The notes beneath the pieces are model-generated. The model searched no databases. It saw nothing but the letters and a program-made list of their open reading frames with translations, and was not told the origin of the DNA. 64,000 nt of DNA from Lingula anatina. Taxonomy: Eukaryota > Animalia > Brachiopoda. A program made the position numbers and the translations under genes. Shown here in pieces: positions 39,701 to 51,470 of this stretch. The stretch lies in contig CM120640.1 of the NCBI GenBank assembly GCA_051362555.1, positions 13,392,001 through 13,456,000 on the forward strand, given 5' to 3'. Position 1 is the stretch's first letter. Every line of letters begins with the position of its first letter.

Positions 39701-42361
39701 AAACGCTTTTTATCTCCTTTTTTTATGTTTAATCTAAGCTCCAAGACCATTGGCTTGGCAATTAGTTTTACTTCCAGGTGTGACAACGAAGGTAAGGCAA
39801 TTACTCTGTTGCAGCCAAATCGTTCGCAAAATGCTCTTAGTCCAATATCACAAAGTCGACATTACGTTGTCGGTTTTTTACTGTATTTAAGCAGTCTCGA
39901 AACAAACACGAAGTCTCTTATATTATATTCTAAAGATCCGTTCGTCCACGCTTCTGTAAAATATAAACTGGTGTATAGCAGTTCACTTTTTATATAGAAC
40001 CCGTAAAATGTAATTAAAACTACAGTATCACGTTTTAGAGCATTGTGTCTACCAGTCTATTGATGGGTGTACCCCCCCCCCCCCCAAACACAACCACAGT
40101 GCCCAATTTCAGTGAAATTTCATTAGCTTCCTCTGCGAGCACGCGTTTCATTCAATTCTTTTTCTGAACAGAAAAAGGAAATGGCTTATAAATTATCACC
40201 AAATTAATATAGACTACATACATATATATGCACAGGTAAAATTCATTAACATTGTCTTTAACCCCTATATTCCCTTCTTGTTCAATATTAAAATTTTTTG
40301 TACGGATTTAAGACTTAAAGTAGATGTTCTCATCTTATGCACACACTCTCTCCTCTCTCTCTCTCTCTCAAACAGTGCAGTATCCACTGGACATTTTTTT
40401 CAAATTTAGGCCTTGATTATCAAACACCTCAAGAAAGGCTCATTATCTCAGCAGTCGTCTTTAGACAAATTCGTTCTAAAACACTATTCAATCATAAATA
40501 TTATCATTTGTTCTAGATGTCATCCAATTTTCCTTCCATCAAGTTCTGCTCCTTTCCATGGGTACTGAATCCCAGTAACAATTGTACATGGTCGTTGTGT
40601 AACACGTCTTGCACTTATTCGGTGGCTACAGACCATGTGTGTTTGCTTTGAGGAAAGGAATGTCTTTTGTTTACCCAACAGGGTTCCACTTCGGGCATAA
40701 GCGGAAGTAATTTGGGCTTCCTCGTCGGTGGAACCGTCATTTTCCCTGATGGCTGTCCTCTGGCAAAACTCCTAACAGCTTAATTTGCTTAGTCGCGCTC
40801 CCGTTGGAAGAATTCATAAGTGGCTTCTTTTATAACAGTGCTCAGTCTCTTAAGAATTGGTTGTTTAGCAATGTATTATTAAGAACTATTGGCCTCATGC
40901 CTTTTTCATTGTGTGGCTGTTATTGTTGTTTTGATTTTGTCTCATTTCAAATTCAGTTTTGAGTTCAAATTTCCTTTTTTCATAAATTTGCCAACTTGCA
41001 GGTATACTCACAAAGCTTCTGTCTTATGAGGAGCGCCATAGAAACGTAAATCCCCAAACCATCTCTGATTGTTGTACAAGTAAAAATGTTACAATGAGTC
41101 AATAAATATGATAAAGGTACCTGTACCCTTTTGGTACTTTATTGCGGTAGGCTTGTGAACGCAAATGTACGTGACAGGCAAAGAGACAATGGAAAGTTGG
41201 GGTAACACGAGCATGTAGACTCAACACTGTCATCAGTGACAGAAGACTGTCTTAAACAATACTTTTGTATTGCCCAATGTGTTTCATTTTCAATGCTCTT
41301 GAAACTACATGTATCTGGTGTTATACTTCATGCAAGCACGTACGCACTTAAATAAAAATATGATTAATAAGATGTACATGTATGCTTGGTGCATATGAAA
41401 TAATGTATGTGCATCTGTTATCACATGGAACAATTTCACAATAAAACGTATTTTTAGTATTTGCCTTCTGAGATACAAATGAACACGTACGGATCAACGC
41501 AATTTGAAATGCTACCTGTTACTATACAGAGTTACTAGTCATCAGTTCTGTATATACTAATCTTTGATATATTCAAATCAGACCATTTTTTTAATATCAA
41601 ATTTGTTATATATTACTTCATTTGAATTAGAAAGTAATCCGGTACTTTGATAAAAATGCCTTTTTTTATACCATGCATAACAGCAAGAGAAAATAGATGT
41701 TCCTAAACTCCTACAGATTAAAAAGAATGCATAAGTGGCCCAACCACTGATATTTTTTTTACTTACTGCCTTTCAATGGATTCCCGCGTAATAAGTCTTG
41801 GTATATCTTTTATGTATAGGAAATCGAATTGAGACTCCTCTTCAGTTTCAGTTTGGCTTGAGGGAAAACAGTCAAAATAGAACAGCTTGATTAGTAGAAA
41901 ATGGTGCCGTATCAGTCATGATGTGGAGTACTTCTTACAGAACGATGCCTGTGGCATATTCCATTCCGACTTTGATCCCTGCCTGTCGTAACTTATTGTT
42001 GTTCAACAGATGGTTTGTATATCATGACCGGGCTTCAATCCCTCGTGTTCAATTTACGCACACTCCCTCGCTCTTTTTCCCTCTTGTTCTCTCTCTAAAC
42101 CGAGTGCGATGTATTATTTGTACATTTCCCCACATACACCAGCAATTAGTCAAATTGTTGCCAAGTCAATATTCAGACTATCAGTCATCGTGTGCATCTC
42201 TTATATAAGTTATACAGAGAGCAAACATTTACTGCATATGATCGCCCTATATGTATGTTTAACTCTGCTTGCAATGGTAATTTCAATAAATCACGAGTGC
42301 AATCTTACCTGCTCAAGGGGGACTTGACCCAAAACCTCAAGTACAGAATATGTATATATAG

Positions 42362-42375
42362 TCTCTCTCTGTCTC

Positions 42376-42411
<36 letters not shown>
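42362..42411. repeat. (CT)n microsatellite
   Basis: Imperfect CT dinucleotide run. Confidence 0.9.
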
Positions 42412-42416
<5 letters not shown>

Positions 42417-44968
42417 TACACATATGCAGTTTAAAAGCTCCAAAATGAAGTAATGTACGTGGTTTCCATGTAATGTTTTCTAAATCGTTCCTATGTTGGC
42501 GCTCTTTTACAACACTCTTTTGAATGTATCAAATGTCACCAAAATGACTATGGTAGTAATTAAATCCACTTTATCTCCGTCAATAAAGCAGTACTCCTTT
42601 CAATCCTGCTTGATGAACAACTCGGTGCCAGTCTTTCGAATGAAAAAGCGTAATTACCCAAGATAGTTGTAACTAATTAAGCCGCGCGCCTTTGGTTATT
42701 GATCTTGAAAAAATAATGCGCCTACTCTTCGTAATGGGCATGCTTTTCCTTTGTTGGGTTAAAGGACAACTGGATGGACTCGCATTGCAATTTTCAGGCT
42801 TAGCTCCCTGGGCGTGTTAATTACCGATTTTCTCTTTTGATTTTTGAGTTACCACAAGCGTGATCTGTTTTCCAGGAGGTTGTTCTGCCTAATGTTACTA
42901 ATAGATATCCTCTTGTACCTTCACATGTGTTGAATAAGATTGCCCAATATTGCGTAATTTCCCTCAACACATGTGTAGATATATGTTGTGTATGTCCTCC
43001 TTTCAATACGAAAATAACGTCAAAATCGTATAAGGTTGTCTGTGTAACCATTTGCATACACGCACACACACACAAGCACACAAACACACGCGGATTATCT
43101 TGGGGGAGGAAAAAATGATAGCGAAACAAGGAGCGAACAATTATAACTAACACAAAAGCCAGTCGTTATTATTCAATAAAAGATTACCGCTGGAATCTAC
43201 ATGATCTGGCTATTGAACTTGGCGTCTGTTCATGTCCACAGCTGCGCAATGCATTTATCTTAATCAGCGAATGTTTAATTCGTTAATCAAAATATAATAG
43301 TCGATGATCAATAATAGGCGCTTCTTATTATTCGAATTTTGAGCAAATATCCATATCATTCAACTGGCAATTCTTCTGCGGGCTCCAGCACAAGCTAACA
43401 GTGCGCTATTAACAGCTGAACTTTATTTTTCATTTGCAGACATTTATCTACTCCAAAATGTGCCTATTCAGCTGCCTTTCTGTTGTTTTTAGAATACAGG
43501 TTATACAATAAAATCTGCGTATGTAAGATTGCCACCTCTTTGTGATCATAGTAAACATGGGCCGTATGAACCCCGCAGCGGCCTACAGGTGGGAGAGCTG
43601 AGGATACGGCCAGCGTCTGGTCTGGACGCTTAGTCTGACCTGTGGCTCAGATCCTGGCAGGGAGCTATCGCCTGGACACTAACGCTTGACATATTGTTGA
43701 AATGTCAGTTAAATACCAATGAAACTAATAATCATGACGCTGTTGAAATGATTTAGTCTCTGATACGGACGTCTTGTGGCGCATGTTTGGAGACAACCTG
43801 CTAGAATTAAAAATACCCACACTAGATCCCCTTATCAAGTGTTTGCAATTACGTTAGTATGATAAATATACCCCAGAGTATGTTCTGTTATGTGACATTT
43901 ACACGCAGCTTGCTGTGTTGGATGTTTCTATTTTGTGATGCAGTTTTTATTTTTGTTTATCAAGTTTACGGAATGGCTAGTTGAACTGGAAACATTGTAC
44001 AATAAACAGAAATTTTTATTCGTGTCATTAAATTTCATGGTCTAAATTTTTATTCTTCCAGAATTCAGAATCGCACCATTGGTAATGCTATGGATAAATA
44101 TGATTATGTTTGCCTCCTGTAAAATCCTTTACATTTTAGACGTTCCACAAACACAAACACATAATTAAGAAAAGAAAGTGAGTGGGGGGAAACGAAGGAC
44201 TATATATATATACAATATATATATTAAATACAATCTGCAAACGCACATATAGATAGATAGATAGATGGATGGATGGATGGATAGATAGTGTTTATTTATT
44301 AAAGTGACATGTGAATATACATTTATTAAAATATAAACCACCCGGTTTCATGGACCTATAAGTCACCGAGCTTTTATCAAAAACATTACGTTAAGGTAAT
44401 AAGTTATAACAAGAGCAAACATAGGCCTATACATGTATCTATACATGAACACTTGTCTACACATTATAACACCTCATTTAGGATTTCCATAATGTACACT
44501 GTAAACCGCCAGCCTGAACCTCGTCCCCCTCAATTCACAAGTACTGTAGATAGTTCACAAGGGGAAAATAAAATAAAATATTGCATTAACAACCCCTGAT
44601 TTTATCAAACCTTTCCAATGGTGAAAGTCAAGTGAAGATAACTTGACTAGGATAATATTATATTCATGAATGAACAGTTGGGAAAGACCATGAGAATGGA
44701 TAACATACAGTATAACATCTTGCGATTTTGGGTAATACATGAATCAAGTAAGGTTTCCCGGGATCTGGAGGACAAATGATGGCAGACGAGCGAGTGCGGT
44801 GCGACAATGAATTAAAACTGACAGAATTTACACACGAATATTTTTCTTTTTGTTTTCTATTAATCTTAATAAACAACATTAATTAATAAAACCTATACCA
44901 ATTTAAACGTTTAGCACGAGATGAGTCACCGTTCATACCAGAACCGTTCTCCAAGAGATTGTAAGCCT

Positions 44969-45128
44969 GGTGTCACGAAACTGAGGGTCCGTGTAACAGA
45001 AAGTCCGCCTTCCATATGGTTATAATGGTTAGGGTTAGTCTGACCTATGTGGGTCAAAATCTAGGGCGAGGCTCACAAAGTAATGGGAAGCGGACTCTCT
45101 GTCATGGGTGACTTTCTGGTACACGACA
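44969..45128. mobile_element. MITE-like element with inverted repeats and internal GGTTAG units
   Basis: taacagaaagtccgccttcc vs ggaagcggactctctgtca (reverse-complementary); internal ggttagggttag. Same architecture as the 11268-11435 element. Confidence 0.5.
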
Positions 45129-46135
45129 AAAAATCTTAAAAGTAAAAAAGAAGAAAAAAAGAAGACACTACAAATCTCTTTATTCTTTATAAGAAATGAA
45201 TTGTGATTCCTCTATACTAATGAACATTTGGTCAACTGATTTATTAATGCAACTGGTACAAATTAGACTATACGAAAGTCAAAACTGTGATCTCGAAAGA
45301 TATTTAATGCATTTTTCGTTTAATTAATAATCTCAGTCAAACATTGTCATGGATTGCTTCCATAATAGTACACTAACCACGCGTGCATACATAAGACATA
45401 TATTTATATATTAATATACACATGTGCACTTAGCTTTACAGAATTAGCACAACCGTGAGTGAGTATTATAGTCAGGTTAGAAAATTTCAATAGAGACATA
45501 TGGACAAATCCATCTTAAATTGCTAAAACTCACTTTGCAAAAGGGAGATACACGACAGTCAAGATAATACAGAGCAGCCGTGCACAATAAAACACAAAAA
45601 GAAATCCACCCTCACTTTGTTATCAGCACATGTATTCTTTGGCATCGCTGGATATTCATTTGATTTTGATTTTGCTGAAAATATTTGCAACATCGAAAGC
45701 TTGCAACCACACAAGGGGAATGGCAGTTATTGAACTGGAATGGCAGGGTTATACAATGTGTATATACAAAAGGAGTCGGGTTGGTTTATTTTACAGTTTT
45801 ATCAAAGGATGTGTTCCAAGACTGATAGACAAACACAATCGTCTGCTGAGTTTCACTGGATTAAGATCGTTGTGCATAAAAGAGAAAACGACGCAATTTA
45901 TCGCCACCCACCAAAAACTGTGAAGTCCACATGAACGAAGATCAGAGACATGTTTTGCTACCTGAAAACGTCATGCTACGAGTCAACATTTTGTCCTCGT
46001 TCGGCAGTGGGCAGCACGTACATTCTGGTCGTATTTAAACCGATGGAAGTGTATATATATATATATATATACATGCACCACTGTTCCCTTTGGCAACCAG
46101 TCACCATTTGAGTGACGTTCAGCAACATAACACGG

Positions 46136-46591
46136 TTACATGATACCATGTGGTGTGGATGCCAACACAACCAGAGTACAAATTACTATAGCAGCGCTGA
46201 AAGTTATGAGACACAAACGGTCGATCACGTGGGCCGCAAACTTCCAATCAGACGAAACCACCGAACTCGAGTCGTCGTCTTTCATCTTGTCTGTAATGAC
46301 TTTGAGTTCTTTGTAAATATTGCGGAGTTCATTACGAGTGGAGCATGCATGGCTGTCGGAGCTGAAGTGTTCTTTTGAACGGGTGTCGCGGTCCACTTTG
46401 ACGCCCATAAGACCATTTCTGTGGTAGTCGTCGACCTCTGCAACGTTAGCGAGTAGACTGGGGGAATTTCGCTGCTTCTCCTCCATCTTGCGCAGCTTCT
46501 GACGCTGTAGGATGGCCTTTCTGGACAGGTCCTTACCTGGGCGTGACACGAAAAGGATCCATGCCAACCACTCACATATACCATATTTCAC
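46136..46591 (-). CDS. CHRNA7-like: Gene C exon 9 (M3-M4 loop, M4, stop)
   Basis: Acceptor gttctag|GTG. VKYGICEWLAWILFVSRPG...DWKFAAHVIDRLCLITFSAAIVICTLVVLASTPHGIM*. Confidence 0.95.
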   Translation of the reverse strand: MKYGICEWLAWILFVSRPGKDLSRKAILQRQKLRKMEEKQRNSPSLLANVAEVDDYHRNGLMGVKVDRDTRSKEHFSSDSHACSTRNELRNIYKELKVITDKMKDDDSSSVVSSDWKFAAHVIDRLCLITFSAAIVICTLVVLASTPHGIM

Positions 46592-46883
46592 CTAGAACAT
46601 CATTGAGCAAGTAATTAGTCACCCATATAATTATAATAATCAGTCTGAAGGTGTATCATATATCAGTTACTGAATAACATTTATAAAAAAAAAAACACTA
46701 TATTGAGATAAAATAAAAGAATACTTTTTCGCTAAATATTTTCTATAGAGTCATAACTGATGACTGACATTTTGTATACCTAGACTATAAATCAAAGGTT
46801 TGAATGCTGCACGAGCCTATTAAGTTTTATGTAATCATGTTTCATATTTTGTAACATCAGTTTACTACGTGAATTTTCCTCAC

Positions 46884-46993
46884 CCAGCTTGGCATGTCGT
46901 GTGTGTCGTCTGCGCGATGGTGATAACTCAGCACAAGAACTGAAAACACCACCGACATGGAACACAGGGCAAGTATCATTCCAAAGTATATCA
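46884..46993 (-). CDS. CHRNA7-like: Gene C exon 8 (M3)
   Basis: 110 nt, tttactttccag| ... TGG|gtgagg. (V)IYFGMILALCSMSVVFSVLVLSYHHRADDTHDMPSW. Confidence 0.93.
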
Positions 46994-48470
46994 CTGGAAA
47001 GTAAAGAGAGAAAACGCCATGGTCCATCTGTCACAGAGCAAATAAAAAATACAACATGAATATGAAACTTCGACTTGGGATTAAATTAATATGCAAAAGC
47101 GTTTTCGTGCTTCATTCATGTCTTTTCATCAGTGTTCCTTAAATGTTTCATATTAATCCTCAGTGAAATGGAAAATACAGGTAAAATCATGATATACGTG
47201 GCATCATAAAAACAAGCGTTAAAGCAATCATGAACTGATGATAAATATTTGAGTTCCAACAGATTAATGAACCAATGTGCCAAAATCTTACTAAAATATT
47301 GAATACTGCAAAACCTTTTGTAACTATCTAGCACAACGCTATAATTTCTTAAGGATCAATCTATGATCATGCAATCCGCTTAATGTATTCAAACTTCTTA
47401 AGGCAAAACAAGAGCAAAATATAATGAAGTTAAAATAATCACTATTAATTCAAAACGCTTCATATTTTATATAGATCCATTATGTTTCATTCAAAAGCAG
47501 AAGAACCCTTACCGCTGGTCTTCAGGAGGGAGCATGCATGTTAAAAAGGATAGACAAATGAGCATTCACGCTGTGAAATTCAAAGATACTGTATCAATAA
47601 GTAAGCATATGGATTAAAGTACAGTAATGAACAGATCATTATATACAATAGTAAACATTATGTCAATTAGAAAAACAGCATATTAGTAATAGAGTAATAT
47701 CGCCGGTCCTCAACTAAATGGTCAAGGTAGGCGGGGACTATGCAGCACGGATCGTGAATGGACCTCAAACAGCTACTGTATGTCTGAACCACTCTCGCAT
47801 CCAAATAAAGAATTATACAATTGGGGTCCCTCAACTGCCGTAAATAGTTTAGTTATCAAATAAACACGATCATGAACGTTGAGTTCCGAACAGTGTTGGC
47901 AATCTATATCTGTTAGAGGGAATCGTCATTAAATTTAATATCTTTCGAGAATAATCGGTAATAAAACCATTACTGTACGGACAGTATAACTACGGAGAAG
48001 TAAAAATGAGTGCTTTGATTACCAACAAAGACAAAAGAGAAAAATACTTGCACGATTTCGTCTAAATAACAAAATCTGCAAGAAAATGCACGAGCGATGA
48101 CATAAGCAATGGATAAAAGTTTTGTATCAAACAAAGAAAAGTTATTTAAAGTTAATATAACAGATAAAAAAATACAGCAATGTCGTGCTACCCAAGGGAC
48201 TAAAGTAAATCGAATGTTACAATTTTTACAGAAAAGGTTTTTTTAAAAAAGTTTATTTGATTCAAAACAAAACAGGTTATTTAAAAAGATCATCGTTAGA
48301 GCAATGAAGTAAGCAGCAGGGGGAATGCAGCACCATAACATTCCAAGCGCACGAAAAGATTTTTAATGGGACAAGAAGCTGCCTGTTAGAGATGCCATTA
48401 AATTAGCTACAGGGACTCAGCGTACAGGAAACTGCCAATAGCCGCATCGTCTACATATGGTAGACCCTAC

Positions 48471-48557
48471 CTATCAGGGGCACCGCATCAGACGTCTCCG
48501 GTAACACATCTGCTACGATCATTAAAAATACTGTCAGTGACAGCATAATAGTGACGG
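48471..48557 (-). CDS. CHRNA7-like: Gene C alternative exon 7b (M2; Glu at 24')
   Basis: 87 nt, ctttatttcag| ... G|gtaggg. (A)VTIMLSLTVFLMIVADVLPETSDAVPLI. Not in the ORF track. Confidence 0.9.
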
Positions 48558-49290
48558 CTGAAATAAAGCAACAAAAAGAATATACAAGCCGTTGGTTATA
48601 TTTCACCTACAGGCTAAATACTCACTGGTGTCGGAGGTCTACACTTACCTCTTCCATAGGAAGAAATATTAGTATGTTAGAATACATAAAAACAAAAAGA
48701 AGAGCAAGATGAAATCCTACTACTGCAGCATTACGTCACTACGCTTATTGCTTCCTAGCCTTGGGCAGGGCGTTCATAACGTCACCATAAACAAAACGGA
48801 GTGCATGTTATTTTATACTGAGAGCTGAAACAAACTAATCGACGATTAGCGTCTAGTTGCATTGCAGCTGGTTCAACTGCTGCAAGCCAAGTACTGCAAC
48901 ACGTTCGTGAGACAGAGACTGGATCACCAGACCCTTTCGGGGGTTCCCACTAAGAATCCTCTCGCCAACCTTTCAGGGTAAAACAAAGTAAGTGTCATAT
49001 TTTAGCACTGCCATGAAAATGTTTCATAGGAATGGAAAATTGGTGAAAATGAGTATATAAAACGGTAGGTTATATCTGGGGATTATTTGGTGCAGTCACG
49101 CTGTGTGAATAATTGCACGACTAATACCAGATGGTTTCCACTATATTTTGAAATCAATTTGAAACCAAAGCAAGCAGAATGTAACAAGCACTGCAACCCA
49201 CACACTACGTCAAACTCGGCCAATGAACCAACGCGTGCGTCCAGTGGTGCGACACACGGTCTCTCAACGTCACAGCAAATTGCCCCCTAC

Positions 49291-49377
49291 CTATCAAAGG
49301 CACCGCATCGGACGTCGGTGGTAAGACGTCCGCCACGATCATCAAAAACACGGTCAATGACAGCATTATAGTCACAG
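49291..49377 (-). CDS. CHRNA7-like: Gene C alternative exon 7a (M2; Pro at 24')
   Basis: 87 nt, aattttcag| ... G|gtaggg. (A)VTIMLSLTVFLMIVADVLPPTSDAVPLI. Confidence 0.9.
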
Positions 49378-50016
49378 CTGAAAATTTCAACACATGCAAG
49401 TTTCTTAACTGGAAATTGTAACCATTGATAAAAAAACAGAGAGTATAGGAATCACCTGTTGGTTCGTTCGTGACCACAAATACATGGCTACGCAAGAAAT
49501 CGGCATCGATATTTGATATTAATTCAGCAAATATACATGCAATTATAGATCCTTTTGCCGTTAAAATGCAAACTAGAATTCAAATTTACATAACAGAAGC
49601 CCATATACATTCATGCGTGTTATGCATAATAAAAATATAATAATGCAGCTACATTGATTCACATATCAGCAAAGAGCTACTAAACATTTGAAAAGATTAC
49701 ATAAAGAGCATTATATTTGGTTAAGTTATTATCAAAGGAATTGAAATTAAAAAATAAAACCATATAGAGTAAAACAAAAAATTGAATAACTTAAAAGTCT
49801 GAGAAAATCAAACGTCTACCTTTCTACATTCTACAAAAATGTATATGATTTTTTAACTCTTCAGTAAATATGCGTTTGACTCGAGTGTTCATATTTTGAT
49901 GGATTGTCACTCTCATTTAACGAATTGTCACAGAAGGTGATAAGAAATATATATTCTAAGATAAAACATTATTTTATAAATGTACTTATTCGAACTAAAT
50001 CTTTCTCCTTACGCAC

Positions 50017-50214
50017 CAAGTGATACTTTCTCTCCTGCATCCGGTGGCAACATGAACGTCAGGATGGCGAGCAGCGACAGCAGCACACAGGGAATGATGA
50101 GGTTAAAGCCATAGTACAATGTCCGTCTCTTAATGTTGATGGTGTAGGTGACATCCACGTACGGGGTGTCTGGACAGCAGTCGTAGTAGATCTCATTACG
50201 CTTGGCGGTGACAC
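50017..50214 (-). CDS. CHRNA7-like: Gene C exon 6 (loop C, M1)
   Basis: 198 nt, ctttcag| ... G|gtgcgt. [65 protein letters not shown]. Confidence 0.94.
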
Positions 50215-50698
50215 CTGAAAGAATGAAATATCATTCCTTCAAGTACCAAAAGGACAAAATATGAAGTTTGGTGTTAGAACAATGATGATAGACAGAAATG
50301 ATTCCTGGGTGTACGGTGCATCTATCGAAAGCTGGGGTCTCTATATTTTAGGTGCTGATACCCATGCTGCTAAAAGAAACATGTAAATAAGCTATTACAG
50401 TAGGTCGGTCAACGCAATCAATATATATTTGATATACAAGTTGACTCTTAAACCTAATCCTAGGTTCGCTAAAAATATTAGATGGCCCACGTAAAGCAAT
50501 ATAACTTTTTGTACAGTAGCATGAAGATGTATGCGTGTGCATTATTTTTCTGACTTTTATAAGGGAAAAATAATGATGATTTATATATAAAAAAAAAACA
50601 AACAAAATTAACATTGTACGACAATATTATGACGGCAACTGTGTTCTCGTTTAAAAGTAAACTGCTGTTTACAAGTTCATCCATTTCAATCTGATTAC

Positions 50699-50952
50699 CT
50701 AACAAATCCCACTCGCCGTTCTTGATGAAGGACGATATATCGCCCTTTTCGGACTTTAAAACCAGGTCCACCTGAGAGCCATCATAAGACCATGTGCCAA
50801 ACTTCAGTTTACAGAACTGCATGTCGAACGGGAACCACGTAATGTCAATGTGGCAGGAGCTGCCGAACATGCCGGGCGGGATCCAGTTCATGTACCCACT
50901 ACTGTAGATCACAACGTTCGTGTGGTAGGTTCCGTCAAAGGCTTCGCTGGCA
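50699..50952 (-). CDS. CHRNA7-like: Gene C exon 5 (Cys-loop, loop B)
   Basis: 254 nt, tctcctag| ... G|gtaatc. ASEAFDGTYHTNVVIYSSGYMNWIPPGMFGSSCHIDITWFPFDMQFCKLKFGTWSYDG...GEWDLL. Confidence 0.95.
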
Positions 50953-51135
50953 CTAGGAGAAAGGAAAATAAAATAGATGTCTTTTTGAAATTTACAGGTT
51001 CACACAGTTGCTAGAGGTGCACAAAACTATATTTAGTTTGCTTATCGGACATGTAAGTATATCTTATACACGTTGTCGAACAAGAACTTTCTAATGGGTA
51101 CCGTTATATAATTGTCTCAAGACAAATAGGCCTAC

Positions 51136-51245
51136 CTGTTGTACAGAAGAACATCGGGTTTCCATAACTTGCCAGCGGGTATTCGAATTGCAGAAATATT
51201 TCCAAATTCTGCTTCATTCCAAATAAATGTGTAATCTGTCCATGT
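51136..51245 (-). CDS. CHRNA7-like: Gene C exon 4 (loop A)
   Basis: 110 nt, ttttaccag| ... AG|gtaggc. TWTDYTFIWNEAEFGNISAIRIPAGKLWKPDVLLYN(S). Confidence 0.95.
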
Positions 51246-51425
51246 CTGGTAAAAGAAATGAATATAAATGTATCATCGTAAAGTTCACAAGAAGTAGTTT
51301 GTTTAAACTGCTTTACAATCAACTGAAGCCAGTTAAACAAATCCCAATATATCTGGTTTTGTGCAAAGAATATTAAAATCAATGAGAAGACATTGATGGC
51401 TCTTTCTCTAGTGCATTTTACTCAC

Positions 51426-51470
51426 CATGTCCAGCCAAATGTTGGTGTGGATAATCTGATTCTTTTCATC
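51426..51470 (-). CDS. CHRNA7-like: Gene C exon 3 (loop D)
   Basis: 45 nt, tttcttcag| ... |gtgagt. DEKNQIIHTNIWLDM. Confidence 0.95.

Noticed and set aside
40540-40780. GC-richer segments (also 43560-43725, 38960-39230, 7180-7430) as SINE or ncRNA
   Set aside because: No recognisable A/B boxes or tRNA fold and no second copy in the window; cannot be assigned without a search.
49222-49470. 10/11-nt complementarity flanking exon 7a as a docking/selector pairing (a similar 9/10 match, 26484-26493 with 27039-27048, flanks exon 6b)
   Set aside because: Matches of this length are expected by chance; covariation across species would be needed.
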